Shown here: positions 30,543-42,254 of the stretch, one piece after another
Layout of the letters: each line of letters begins with the position of its first letter
How positions within the stretch are numbered: the first letter of the stretch is position 1
Source: an uncultured Gemmatimonadaceae bacterium
GTDB taxonomy: Bacteria > Latescibacterota > UBA2968 > UBA8231
DNA: 64,000 nucleotides
Direction: 5' to 3'
Assembly: GCA_964512165.1 (NCBI GenBank)
Contig: CAZEHQ010000002.1
Location: 2,056 to 66,055, forward strand
Translations under genes and position numbers: made by a program
Notes under the pieces: generated by a model
Told to the model about the DNA's origin: nothing
Seen by the model: the letters and a program-made list of their open reading frames with translations, nothing else
Database searches by the model: none

Positions 30543-32023
30543 TGGCACGCAAGAAGATCCTGATCGCCTTCTTCCACCAGGAAACGTCCCACTTCAACCC
30601 CGGCCTCACCACGTGGGACCGCTTCGACCTCTCCCGCGGCGAGGAGCTGATCGCGCGCTACGCGGGGACCAACACCTACGTCGCCGGCGGTCTCGACGTC
30701 CTGGCAGAGGCAGGCGTCGACGTGGTTCCGACGTACGGCGCCTCCTCCGTGACCTCGGGCGGGCCCGTGCCGGCCGCCGACCTCGACGGCATGACCGCCG
30801 AGATGCTGGAGGCGATCCTTGCGGCCAGGGACGCCGACGGGGCCTATATCGCTTTTCACGGGGCCATGGCCGGCTGCGAGGAGCATGATCCCGAGGGCCG
30901 CATCCTGGAGCAGGTGCGGAGCATGATGGGGGACAAGCCGATCGTCGCTTCCTACGACTTGCACGCCATCCTCACCGACCGCCTGGTGCGATCAGCCGAT
31001 GTCACGGTGGCCCTCCACACCTACCCCCACACCGACATGCGCCGGACGGGCCAGCGAGCGGCGGCCGTTCTGGTGCGGCTGCTGCGGGGCGGCGTGCGCC
31101 CCGAGACGGCGCAGGTGAAGCTGCCCATGCTCGTCCGCGGCGATGAGCTGATCACGGAGACCGGGCTCTTCGGCCAAGCCATCGACCGCTGCAAGGATTT
31201 CGAGGCCGGGGAGAAGGGGCTGTCCGCCCTGGTCAACATCGGCAACCCCTTCACCGACGTGCCAGAGCTGCGCACCAACACCCTGGTCACCAGCGACGGG
31301 GAGCCGCGGATGGCGCGGGATCTGGCCGAGGAGCTTGCCCGCTTCATGTGGGAGCACCGCGGGAGCATGCAGGCGGAGCTGGTCTCGGTGAAGGAGGCCG
31401 TGGCCGTGGCCGGGCGGGAACCCGGGCTGACCGTGTTCTCCGATGCTGCGGATGCCACATCCAGCGGCGCCTCGGGCGACAGCAACTGGATCCTGCGGGG
31501 TCTCATCGAGGCGGGGTACGGCAAGCGGGCCCTGCTGCCCCTGGTGGACGCGCCGGCCGTGGAGGCCGCCTTTGCGCGGGGCGTCGGCAGCCGGTTCACC
31601 GTGCCCCTGGGGGGAACGGTCGACCGGGAGCGGCACCAGCCGGTGGAATGCGAGGTCTACGTGCAGAGCCTGCACGACGGCCACTTCCGGACCGAGTCGG
31701 GGGAGACCTCGCGGGCGGGGAGGACGGCGGTCCTGGTGACTGGCGGCACGGTGGTCATGACCACGGAGTTTCCCGTGTCGATCATGGGACGCCGAGTCTT
31801 CGAGGCGAGAGGGCTGAAGCCGGTAGATTTCGACCTTGTGGTCTGCAAGAGCCCTAACGGGTTCCGCACCCACTACGAGGCGATCGCCGAGCGCATCGTG
31901 CCCGTGGATTGCCCCGGGTCGACGAGCGCCAACCTGAGGTCCCTGCCCTACCGCAACGTGACCCGGCCGATCTTCCCTCTGGACGAGGGCGTCGAGGCGG
32001 AGATCACCGCCGCCCGCACCTAG
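30539..32023 (+). CDS. M81 family metallopeptidase (microcystinase MlrC-like, DUF1485+DUF1446)
   Basis: KILIAFFHQETSHFNP N-terminus and overall MlrC colinearity; 494 aa. Confidence 0.8.
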   Translation: MMARKKILIAFFHQETSHFNPGLTTWDRFDLSRGEELIARYAGTNTYVAGGLDVLAEAGVDVVPTYGASSVTSGGPVPAADLDGMTAEMLEAILAARDADGAYIAFHGAMAGCEEHDPEGRILEQVRSMMGDKPIVASYDLHAILTDRLVRSADVTVALHTYPHTDMRRTGQRAAAVLVRLLRGGVRPETAQVKLPMLVRGDELITETGLFGQAIDRCKDFEAGEKGLSALVNIGNPFTDVPELRTNTLVTSDGEPRMARDLAEELARFMWEHRGSMQAELVSVKEAVAVAGREPGLTVFSDAADATSSGASGDSNWILRGLIEAGYGKRALLPLVDAPAVEAAFARGVGSRFTVPLGGTVDRERHQPVECEVYVQSLHDGHFRTESGETSRAGRTAVLVTGGTVVMTTEFPVSIMGRRVFEARGLKPVDFDLVVCKSPNGFRTHYEAIAERIVPVDCPGSTSANLRSLPYRNVTRPIFPLDEGVEAEITAART

Positions 32024-33045
32024 ATCTGGCTGCCGTAGACGGCGTCCACCAGCTCCATGGTGCGGATGGCGTCCTCGAAGTTCGTCTCGGGAGCCACTCC
32101 GCGGCGCAGGCATTCCAGGAAGTGGGCGTTGGTGTCCCAGGCGCCGTGGGCCCGGTAGGGCTCGCTGCCGCCGGCCAGGTCGGCCGGGTCGAGCTGCTCC
32201 ACCGGGTCGGGTCGGTCGTCGGCGAAGAGTTGGCCGCCCTCCTCCGGGTCCCCGTAGAAGCTGACGCCGGCGGAGTGGATCTCCACCGAGAAGCTGCGCC
32301 GGCCGGCCATGAAGTTGTTGAGCAGCAGGCCGGTGGCGCCCGAGGAGAACCGCACCAGGGCCAGGTGGATGTTCCAGTGGCCGGCGTCGAGGCGGCGGTT
32401 GTCGGAGGCCACGCTGACCACCTCTCCCCCGCACAGGTAGCGCAGGGTGTCGACGGCGTGGATGCCGTCGCAGGTGAGCATGTCCATGGCGCCCTTGTAG
32501 TAGGGGTCGCCGCCGACCTGGTTCTTGTAGAAGGCAGCATGGGCCGTGTGCACGGGTCCGCGCTGCTCGCAGCGCGCCTTGCCCTGGCGGACCACGGGCG
32601 AGAACCGGCGCTGGAAGGTGACGCCGGTGAGCACCTTCCGCCGCCGGGCGATGGCGGCCAGCTGGCGCACCTGCTCCGTGGTCACGGCGGGGGGCTTCTC
32701 GACGAAGAGGTGGCAGCCCATGTCCAGCACCGCGGCGGCCACGTCATAGAGGTGCTGGGGCGGCATGATGGCGTACACGGCGTCGGGCCGCTCGGCGGCG
32801 ATCATCTCCTCGTAGCTGCCGTACCTCCCGGGGATGCCGAAGCGGTCGCAGGCCTGCTCCAACCGGGCCTCGTCGAGGTCGCAGGCAGCCGTGAGGTCGC
32901 AGCCGGGCAGTTCCGCCAGGCATGGGTAGTGGGCGCTGGTGGCGCGGCCTCCGGCGCCGATGACGGCCACCCGAACCGGGCGCCGCCGGCTGGGCCGCTT
33001 CGGGGCCGCCGGGCGGGCCGGGGCCCTTCTCTTGGTCCTGGCCAC
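32020..33045 (-). CDS. Gfo/Idh/MocA family oxidoreductase
   Basis: RVAVIGAGGRATSAHY Rossmann motif. Confidence 0.8.
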   Translation of the reverse strand: MARTKRRAPARPAAPKRPSRRRPVRVAVIGAGGRATSAHYPCLAELPGCDLTAACDLDEARLEQACDRFGIPGRYGSYEEMIAAERPDAVYAIMPPQHLYDVAAAVLDMGCHLFVEKPPAVTTEQVRQLAAIARRRKVLTGVTFQRRFSPVVRQGKARCEQRGPVHTAHAAFYKNQVGGDPYYKGAMDMLTCDGIHAVDTLRYLCGGEVVSVASDNRRLDAGHWNIHLALVRFSSGATGLLLNNFMAGRRSFSVEIHSAGVSFYGDPEEGGQLFADDRPDPVEQLDPADLAGGSEPYRAHGAWDTNAHFLECLRRGVAPETNFEDAIRTMELVDAVYGSQI

Positions 33046-33049
33046 GTGG

Positions 33050-34153
33050 TCAGCCGCGCTCGCGAAAGGTGCCGGCCTGGCGCAGGGCCGCGACGCCGTT
33101 GTCGACCCTGTTCAGCGGGAAGGTGACGGGCCGGTTCCCGGTGAGCTGCGACTGGTACACGGCGGTCACCAGTTCCATGGAGCGGCGGCCGACGCGTCCG
33201 TCGGAGCGCAGGGTCCCCTCTCCCTCGAGGGCGGAGGTCAACTCCCGGAGGGCGGCGACGTAGGTGCTGGCCGCCGCCGGCCGCTGGACTTCGGCGACCT
33301 CGAGATCGCTCCACTGGAACCCGGAGTCGGGCTCGTACATGCCCTGCTGCGACTGCTGCAGATGAACCTGCTCCCCGGCCATGCGGATCAGGCCGGTGGA
33401 ACCGCGCAGCGCGAATCCGTGGTCAGAATACGTGGTCAGTTCTGCACCGCGGATCGTCCCGGTGACGCCGCTGTCGAACTTGAGGAAGGCGGCGGCGTAG
33501 TCCTCCACCGCCCAGGGGCGGGTCCTCTGCTCGGCGGTGCCGCAGAGCCAAGCCACGGGCCCCCCGTAGAGGTCCATGAGGTCGAAGTAGTGGGTGTAGT
33601 CGTGGAGCAGGGGCCCCTCGTTCTCGGAGCGCCAGGAGGGCTCCGGCTTGCAGCCGTCCATGAAGCAGTCGACGTGGATCAGGTCTCCGATGGCGCCGTC
33701 GGCGAGCAGCCGGGCCGCCAGCTGCCACTCGGGATGCCAGCGCCGGTTGTGGTTGACCTGAAGAAGGACGGACTCGGCCTCGCAGGCGGCGATCATCCGG
33801 TCGCACTCCTCCAGGGAGAGGGCCATGGGCTTCTCGCAGATGATGGCGCGCACCGAGGGGGCCGAGGCGCACTCCAGGACCATCTCGCAGTGCAGCTCGG
33901 GATGGGTGGCGACGATGACGATCTCCGGCGCCGCCTGCTCGAGCATCTGCCGGTAGTCGTGGAAGAGGGCGTCGACGCCGAAGCGCTGCCCGAAGGCCTC
34001 GAGCTTTTCGCGGCCCCGGTTGACGCCGGCCACCAGGCGTACGTCCTCGCAGGCGGCCACGGCTTCCGCGTGGTTGTCGGGCAGGTCTCCGAAGGAGAAC
34101 TGGTAGCCGACGCGGCCGGTGCCGATGATGGCGACGCCGAGCGGGGTGGCCAT
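33050..34153 (-). CDS. Gfo/Idh/MocA family oxidoreductase
   Basis: GVAIIGTGRVG Rossmann motif. Confidence 0.8.
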   Translation of the reverse strand: MATPLGVAIIGTGRVGYQFSFGDLPDNHAEAVAACEDVRLVAGVNRGREKLEAFGQRFGVDALFHDYRQMLEQAAPEIVIVATHPELHCEMVLECASAPSVRAIICEKPMALSLEECDRMIAACEAESVLLQVNHNRRWHPEWQLAARLLADGAIGDLIHVDCFMDGCKPEPSWRSENEGPLLHDYTHYFDLMDLYGGPVAWLCGTAEQRTRPWAVEDYAAAFLKFDSGVTGTIRGAELTTYSDHGFALRGSTGLIRMAGEQVHLQQSQQGMYEPDSGFQWSDLEVAEVQRPAAASTYVAALRELTSALEGEGTLRSDGRVGRRSMELVTAVYQSQLTGNRPVTFPLNRVDNGVAALRQAGTFRERG

Positions 34154-34256
34154 CAGGCAGCCTCCGATGGCCGGCGCGGGCGCAGCGAGGAGCGGATCCG
34201 GTCGTTTCCCATGGTGCCGCGTAAGCTAACCGACGCCGCCCGGGGACAGCAACCGG

Positions 34257-35776
34257 TCAGCGGCCGGTCCCCGCGGCCAGCAGAGCGGCGTTCGTCCAAA
34301 CCGTCGGCTCCAGACCGGGGAGGTCTTCGTCCATGGGGAAATAGGGGCGGGGCATGCGCCGCAGAGGATGGTTGCGGATGGTGGCCGGCGTGGGGCCCGG
34401 GGTGTCGAGGACGTGGAAAGCGGCGGCCACGTCGTCGTAGACGTTGTGGAAGTTCATCGGATTCTTGGCGACGACGAACTTCGTCTGCCGGGGGTCGATG
34501 CCGACGGCCCGCCACTGCTCGTCGGCCCAGTCGTAGGTGGCGTGGCTGGTGATCAGCACGCGCACCGCTTCGATGGCCAGCACCGCCGTCGGCCCCATCT
34601 CCCCCTCGATGCCGTCCCAGATGCCCCCGGTGTAGCGGAAACGGCCGTCGTGCAGGCTCTCGACGTGGCCCTCCACCAGTATGGGCTGGCCCCAGGCCGG
34701 GTCGAGATTGTGGCCGAGAGAGATGGAGACCTCGCCGCCGGCACCCGCTCGGTGACAGGCCCGGGCCGCTTCCGGATCGACTACCGGCACGAGGGCCGGG
34801 GGTGGGTCCTCGAAGGCCAGCAGGGCGGCCAGGGAGGCGACGCTGTCGCCCGAGGCGCCGCCGCCGGCGCAGTCGGCGGCCTCGATGAGGACGACGGGAC
34901 GGCCCGGGGTCTCCAGGCCGGCGCGAATCGCGGCTTCCGGCTCCAGGGCCGAGGCCTCGAGCTCCTGGCGTCGGCTCCAGTAGTCCCGCGCCGTCTCGAG
35001 AGCCAGCCGCCGGGCGCGGCCCATGTCGCCGTCGACGACGAACAGGCCGCCGCCGCCCAGGTCGGGCTGATCGAGGAAGGGGTGCACGAGGAAGAGGCTG
35101 GCCGACAGCACGTCCGCCTCGGCCTCGCGATGCCGCAGGTCCCGCATCATGCGGGCGAAGGCGCCGCCGCCGTCGGTGGAGCCGTTGATGCCGCCGACGA
35201 TGACGGGCACCTTGGCCAGGGCCATGGCCGGCCGGCAGCGCCCTCCGGCGGTGTCGAGGAGGAGGCGAGCGCCGCGCTCTCCGGTAGAGGCGGCGTCCCG
35301 GTGCGGATAGGTGGCCCAGGCCACGAGGCCGTGGGCGTTCTCGACCATGGCGCGGGTTACGTGGGCATGGAGGTCGAGGGTGGCCACCACCGGGACGGCG
35401 GGCCCGACCAGGTGGCGCACCGCCGAAATGAGGTCCCCCTCGACATCGTCGACGCCTTCGGCGACGGCGCTGCCGTGGAGGGGGAGCAGGACCCCGTCCA
35501 CGGGCAGGGCCCGGGAGAGGCGGTCGAGCAACTCGGTGCGCAGGTACTGGTAGCAGTCGGCGGTCATACAGCCGCCGGGGCAGGTGCTCGCCGAGATCAG
35601 GGGAGCGATGTCCGCGCCTGCGGAGCGCAGGGCCCGAAGGGCCCCCCCGACGACGCCGGCCTCCAGGGCGAGAACCTCGTCGCCGCGGCACAGCTCGTAG
35701 CGGGCGAACCAGTCGAGGTCGATGGGCGAGCCCCCGAACTGGTTGCACTCGGTCAGCACCGAGCCCAGGGCGATCC

Positions 35777-35780
<4 letters not shown>
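34257..35780 (-). CDS. M81 family metallopeptidase (MlrC-like), second paralog
   Basis: MRIALGSVLTECNQF N-terminus, colinear with 30539..32023 product. Confidence 0.8.
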
Positions 35781-37802
<2,022 letters not shown>

Positions 37803-37820
37803 CCGCCTGATCGCCGGGGC

Positions 37821-37858
37821 AGAACGAGAAAACGGGGCCGGTGAAACCACCGACCCCG
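37821..37858 (-). terminator. intrinsic terminator for csp (GC hairpin plus U-tract on minus strand); hairpin may also stop hemF
   Basis: cggggccggtg-aaac-caccgaccccg stem (10/11 bp) followed on minus strand by TTTTCTCGTTCT. Confidence 0.55.
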
Positions 37859-37891
37859 CTTCGCTCGGACTTCGCCGGGCGACGTGCCTCC

Positions 37892-38107
37892 TCAGGCAGA
37901 GGCGGCCGTCACCCGCTCAGCGGCCGGGCCTTTCTGACCCTGCACCACGTCAAACTCCACCTGCTGACCTTCGGCCAGCGTCCGGAACCCATCCATCTGG
38001 ATCGCGGAGTGGTGGACGAAGACATCGGTGCCGTTCGCCCGCTGAATGAAGCCGTAGCCCTTGGCGTCGTTGAACCATTTTACGGTTCCGACTTCGCGCT
38101 CGGCCAC
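37892..38107 (-). CDS. csp: cold-shock protein (CspA family)
   Basis: [18 protein letters not shown]1 motif, 71 aa; GTG start with AAGGAG 8 nt upstream; about 220-nt upstream leader. Confidence 0.9.
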   Translation of the reverse strand: MAEREVGTVKWFNDAKGYGFIQRANGTDVFVHHSAIQMDGFRTLAEGQQVEFDVVQGQKGPAAERVTAASA

Positions 38108-38326
38108 TTACCGGCTCCTTCGCAAGAAGGGTGAAACAAAGCGTTGGACAGAGCGCGCAACGGACTCAAGCTGATGGAACTTCAGTTACCGCAATCTGCT
38201 GCTGCCAACTCGACAAAGCCGCCCGGTTTCCTCGCCACCGCCTTCGAGGGGAGAAGCTCGGGCCCGTGACGGCTTGAGCACGAATGTAAGGAATTCCCCC
38301 GGATTGGCAATCGCCGCACCCCGCTG

Positions 38327-39520
38327 CTACTCGTCCGACCGAGTCTTGCCGCGGGTCAGACCGCGGTCGAAGCTGGGGCGGAGCAGTTCGGTCAGGACGG
38401 GGGGAAGCTCCCGGCGGCGGGCCTTCACCGCCCACACGGGCGGCACCTCCCAGGGGGGCTGGGCACTCCCGTCGGTCCACGGCTTCCGGTAGCAGAACAG
38501 GGAACACAGGCGGGTCTGCCTTCCGGCAGCCTTGGGCGCCACCCCGTGGGCGGCGTGGGACAGGCAGCAGACCACCGATCCCTCCGGCAGGGCGAGATGC
38601 TCCATCCGGAGGGGTCGCCCGGTGACCGGGTGGGCCCGGCCGTCGAGCCAGCCGCGGGCCATCTCCGCGTCCGTCTCCGCACGGCATCCTTCCGGGTCGC
38701 GGAAGAGGTGGCTGCCGCGGATGATCTTGAGACCGCCGTCGTCCCCGGTGTCGAAGCCATTCAGATAGCAGAGGGTCAGGAGCAGGTTCGGCTGGCGGTC
38801 GTACTCGTCCGGGAGGATCGTGCCGAGGTCGCAGCCGGCGCCGAGCCGATGGCTGTGCCAGGCTCCGCCGGCGTAACCGGGTGGACGCGAGAGCAGCTGG
38901 TTGTGGTCGAAGAAGAGGGTGTCGCTGCCGAGGCAGAGGCGCTGCAGGGCGAGCATGTCCGGGTGCGTGAGGACCTCGGCCAGGAAGGGCAGGTGGCCGG
39001 CCGGAAAATACTCGGCAAAGACCGAGTGCAGCCTCAGGGTGAGGACCCCTGCGGCGTCGGTGCCTTGGGGCACCTTCTGACTGCCCCCGAGGGCCTTCTC
39101 CAGGTGCGCGGCGGGGACTTTCTCCCCCGGCGGCCGGCGGCCGAGGCCGTGCCAGTCGATGGCCGACCAGTCGGCGCGGAGCAGCGTGTCGTTGAGGAAC
39201 TGTCCCCGTGCCAGCGCCGCCAGCCAACGCTCGCGGGCCCTGGGCCTGACGACCCCTTCGAAGACAGCGTACCCGTCCCGGAGGAAGTCGCCGCGGTCGA
39301 ACTGCTCCTCCACCGCCGCCAGGTCGAGCAGGTCGTCACGGGTGGCCTCCATGCGGCTCCAGTCGCCCGCTGACCACTCCACCGGAGAGCGGGGGTTGCC
39401 GAGGAAGTCCGGACGGGTCGCCCGGGCGAGCACGTTCGACGGTCCGTCGAGCACGCGCGCCGCGTCGGGGTCGCTCACAACGGCCAGGAGAGGGTTCCTC
39501 GGCATCGTCTCGGGGGCCAT
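38327..39520 (-). CDS. hypothetical protein with PhyH-like features (397 aa)
   Basis: GSH and distal HAAHGV blocks; motif region reads WHSHRL rather than canonical HxD. Confidence 0.4.
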   Translation of the reverse strand: MAPETMPRNPLLAVVSDPDAARVLDGPSNVLARATRPDFLGNPRSPVEWSAGDWSRMEATRDDLLDLAAVEEQFDRGDFLRDGYAVFEGVVRPRARERWLAALARGQFLNDTLLRADWSAIDWHGLGRRPPGEKVPAAHLEKALGGSQKVPQGTDAAGVLTLRLHSVFAEYFPAGHLPFLAEVLTHPDMLALQRLCLGSDTLFFDHNQLLSRPPGYAGGAWHSHRLGAGCDLGTILPDEYDRQPNLLLTLCYLNGFDTGDDGGLKIIRGSHLFRDPEGCRAETDAEMARGWLDGRAHPVTGRPLRMEHLALPEGSVVCCLSHAAHGVAPKAAGRQTRLCSLFCYRKPWTDGSAQPPWEVPPVWAVKARRRELPPVLTELLRPSFDRGLTRGKTRSDE

Positions 39521-39524
39521 GCTG

Positions 39525-40382
39525 TCAACTCCTCCCGCGGAAGAACAGACGCTCAGCCGTCCCCCACAGGATCGCCTCCTTCTCCGCCGGGGAGAGGAAG
39601 CCGGCGTGGTCGCGGATCAGCGCCACCGCGGCCGGATAGTCCGTCGTGGGATCCTCCATCGTGATGGGGCCGCCGCTGTCGCTCTCCCACATGCAGCGAT
39701 CGGCCCCGTAGGCCTCAACGACGCGCTGTATGAGGGGGAGCGTGTCAAGGTAGGGAGCACGCCTGGAGCAAAGGGCCTGAAGCGGTCCGATCTTGACCAT
39801 CACCTTCCTGTGCCTGGCGAAGCGGAGCAAGGCCTCGAGATCCTTCTCGCTGTAGTCCGCCTCGCGGATGCCGACGTGGCAGACGTGGTCGAGGATCACC
39901 GGTGTCTCCGGATAGCGGCTGCACAGTCGGTCCAGGGTGGGCAGCAGATCGACCCCCATGTTGAAGCTGAGGGCGAGGTCGTGGTCCGCCCCGGTGGAGA
40001 ACAACTTCTCGAAGGCCGGGTGGTCGAGCTGGGACGGAGGCTCCCGGAAGGCACGGCATCCCCTCGCCGCGAGCTCGAGCATGGTCCGGTCCGGGGCGGC
40101 GTCGTCGAGGCTGACGATCCCGGTGCCGGAAAACCTCTCGGAGTCGCCCGCGATCAGGTCGAGGATGTAGCGGTGATCCGTCCCGTACCAGGTCATCTGC
40201 ACGAGGTTGATGCGAACGTCGCCGACGGCGCGGCTGTAGCGGAAGTACTCCTCGGGGGTGAAGGTGGGGAGCCAGAGATCCTCTTCCTCGATCCCCGGGG
40301 CCAGGGGGTAGCGGGCGAAGTCGTCGGTCCAGACGTGGATGTGGGCATCGATGATTCTGTGGGCTGACGGCGGCATGTCCAT
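39525..40382 (-). CDS. amidohydrolase-2 family hydrolase
   Basis: IIDAHIHVW His pair; paralog of 20559..21428. Confidence 0.75.
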   Translation of the reverse strand: MDMPPSAHRIIDAHIHVWTDDFARYPLAPGIEEEDLWLPTFTPEEYFRYSRAVGDVRINLVQMTWYGTDHRYILDLIAGDSERFSGTGIVSLDDAAPDRTMLELAARGCRAFREPPSQLDHPAFEKLFSTGADHDLALSFNMGVDLLPTLDRLCSRYPETPVILDHVCHVGIREADYSEKDLEALLRFARHRKVMVKIGPLQALCSRRAPYLDTLPLIQRVVEAYGADRCMWESDSGGPITMEDPTTDYPAAVALIRDHAGFLSPAEKEAILWGTAERLFFRGRS

Positions 40383-40400
40383 CTCCGGCGAGGGCGGCGG

Positions 40401-41537
40401 CTAGGGGTCGAGGGGAGGGGCGAGGTGGCGGGTCAGGATCCGCGCCGACAGCTCGTGGCCGAGGACGGTGAAGTGCCCGTAGCCGCCCCGGTAGATCTCG
40501 CGGCCCTCCTCGATGTGCTCGATGAACCGCTCCCGGGGATGGACGTGATCGATCCGCAGTTGCGCCAGTGCGTCCAGAACCCGGGACTCCATGAACTCCT
40601 TGTCCCGGCGGAACACGGGAAGGGGGGCGCCCGGGTCGCGGCGGTGGCGGCGGATGTCGATGACGTCCCGCACCAGCAGGGGATCGGGGATCAGGTATAC
40701 GAAGAGGCCGATGCGCTGCTGCCGCAGGTGGGCGGCGATCCCGTCCAGCAGCCGCCGGGCCAGGGCGGTCATTCCCGCCAGGTGGTCATCGGTGGTCCTG
40801 CTGTCCGGCGAGGCGATCAGGCCCGCTCCGCGGGCCAGGGCGGCGATCTCCGGGCGGCTCTTGACCCCGTGCATCCAGACCAGGCGGGCGGTGGCGGAGC
40901 GGGCCAGGACGTTGTCCCGCAGCCAGAACCGCGGGGTGTACGGCGGCGCCGGGTAGTAGACCAGGGAGTCGCCCACCACCTCGAAACGGGGGACCGAGGC
41001 GGAGGCGAGAGGAGCGTAGTTGTCCTGCAGGTCGTTGCCGAGGAACAGGACGAGGACCACCGTGTCCGGTTTCCAGGCCGCGACATGGTCGCGGACGCTG
41101 AGGAAGTGGGAGCCCAGGCCGTAGCCGTGGACGCCCCAGTTCAGGGCCTCCACCCTCATTTCGCCGTCGCGCGTCAGGTTCCGCGCCAAGCGCTGGGAGA
41201 AGTTCCTCTCGATGCCAGTCTGGTAGGCCTCGAGGAACGAGTCGCCGAGAAAGAGAATCCGCCGGGTGCCCGGGGACGGGGCCATGTGGCGCTCGTGATC
41301 GTGGAATCCCAGGCGGTTGGTCCTCACCCGGCGCTCCGCTCCTTCCATCTCCCGGGTCCAGGCGATGTCGAGGTGAGGCCGCCCGCGGAAGCCGAGGAGC
41401 GGGTCGTACCGCAGGGTCGGCTGCTCGAGGGTGAGGATCAGGGGCAGCAGTACTTCCGCCAGGATCAGGGCCACCGCGGCGGAGAGGAGGGCGACGCCGG
41501 CCCTGGCGGTCCAGCGGGTCAAGCCGGGTCTCTTCAC
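40401..41537 (-). CDS. membrane-anchored SGNH/GDSL-type hydrolase (AlgJ/AlgX-like, possible polysaccharide O-acetylation/esterase)
   Basis: N-terminal TM helix, FLGDSF serine motif, downstream GNDL block. Confidence 0.5.
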   Translation of the reverse strand: MKRPGLTRWTARAGVALLSAAVALILAEVLLPLILTLEQPTLRYDPLLGFRGRPHLDIAWTREMEGAERRVRTNRLGFHDHERHMAPSPGTRRILFLGDSFLEAYQTGIERNFSQRLARNLTRDGEMRVEALNWGVHGYGLGSHFLSVRDHVAAWKPDTVVLVLFLGNDLQDNYAPLASASVPRFEVVGDSLVYYPAPPYTPRFWLRDNVLARSATARLVWMHGVKSRPEIAALARGAGLIASPDSRTTDDHLAGMTALARRLLDGIAAHLRQQRIGLFVYLIPDPLLVRDVIDIRRHRRDPGAPLPVFRRDKEFMESRVLDALAQLRIDHVHPRERFIEHIEEGREIYRGGYGHFTVLGHELSARILTRHLAPPLDP

Positions 41538-41581
41538 CTGTCCCCCTGGGCGTCACCCCGGCGCGGGCATCCGGTCGGGGA

Positions 41582-42217
41582 TCAGAGTCTCCACCGGATC
41601 ACCTCGAAGCTCTCCGCGAAGGCTTCGCCGATCTGTCCTCCCCGGGTCCGAGCCCAGCTCAGGATGAACTCGTCGTTGACGTAGTGGCGCCCCAGCTGGG
41701 AGTAGTAGCACTTCAGCGCCTTCAGCTTCGTCCGCATGTGGTCCTCGGTGACGACGCAGAAGGCGTTGGTGTTGAAGGTCAGGTTGTTCCAAGGCACCTC
41801 GTAGCCGAGGAGGCTGGTCTTCTTGAAGGCACGGAAGCCTTCCTGGGCAACCACCTGGTGGTCCTGGTGGGTATCGTTCGGCGAGGGGATGAAGACGAGG
41901 TCCGGATCGTACTCGTTGTTTAGGGCCACCATCCGTTCGAGGATCTCCTGCCGGTGGCTGGGGAAGTGGCGCACCGGGAATCTCTCCACGATCAGGTCCT
42001 CCGGCCCGATGCCCAGGACGGAGGTCGCCTTCGAAACCTCCGTGGCCAGGATGTCCCGCGGCAGATCGTCGGAGACCGACTCCTCCGAGATGGAGAAGGC
42101 GACATACTGGACCCGGACTCCGTCGCCGATCAGCCGCGCCATCGTGGCTCCGCAACCGAACTCACCGTCATCCGTATGCGGGGCGAGGACCAGTACCCTC
42201 CGGGCCTGCTCGATCAA
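41582..42217 (-). CDS. PIG-L family N-acetylglucosaminyl deacetylase (LmbE-like)
   Basis: VLVLAPHTDDGEFGCGAT zinc-binding HxDD motif. Confidence 0.8.
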   Translation of the reverse strand: MIEQARRVLVLAPHTDDGEFGCGATMARLIGDGVRVQYVAFSISEESVSDDLPRDILATEVSKATSVLGIGPEDLIVERFPVRHFPSHRQEILERMVALNNEYDPDLVFIPSPNDTHQDHQVVAQEGFRAFKKTSLLGYEVPWNNLTFNTNAFCVVTEDHMRTKLKALKCYYSQLGRHYVNDEFILSWARTRGGQIGEAFAESFEVIRWRL

Positions 42218-42254
42218 GCGTCACTCCATGCCCGGCGGTGTATCGGCGGCCTCT

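Noticed and set aside
38327-39520. Reading the WHSHRL segment as a three-His (halogenase-like or altered) facial triad in a PhyH-like protein
   Set aside because: Alignment by eye is too uncertain to place the metal ligands. Kept only as a low-confidence PhyH-like call.
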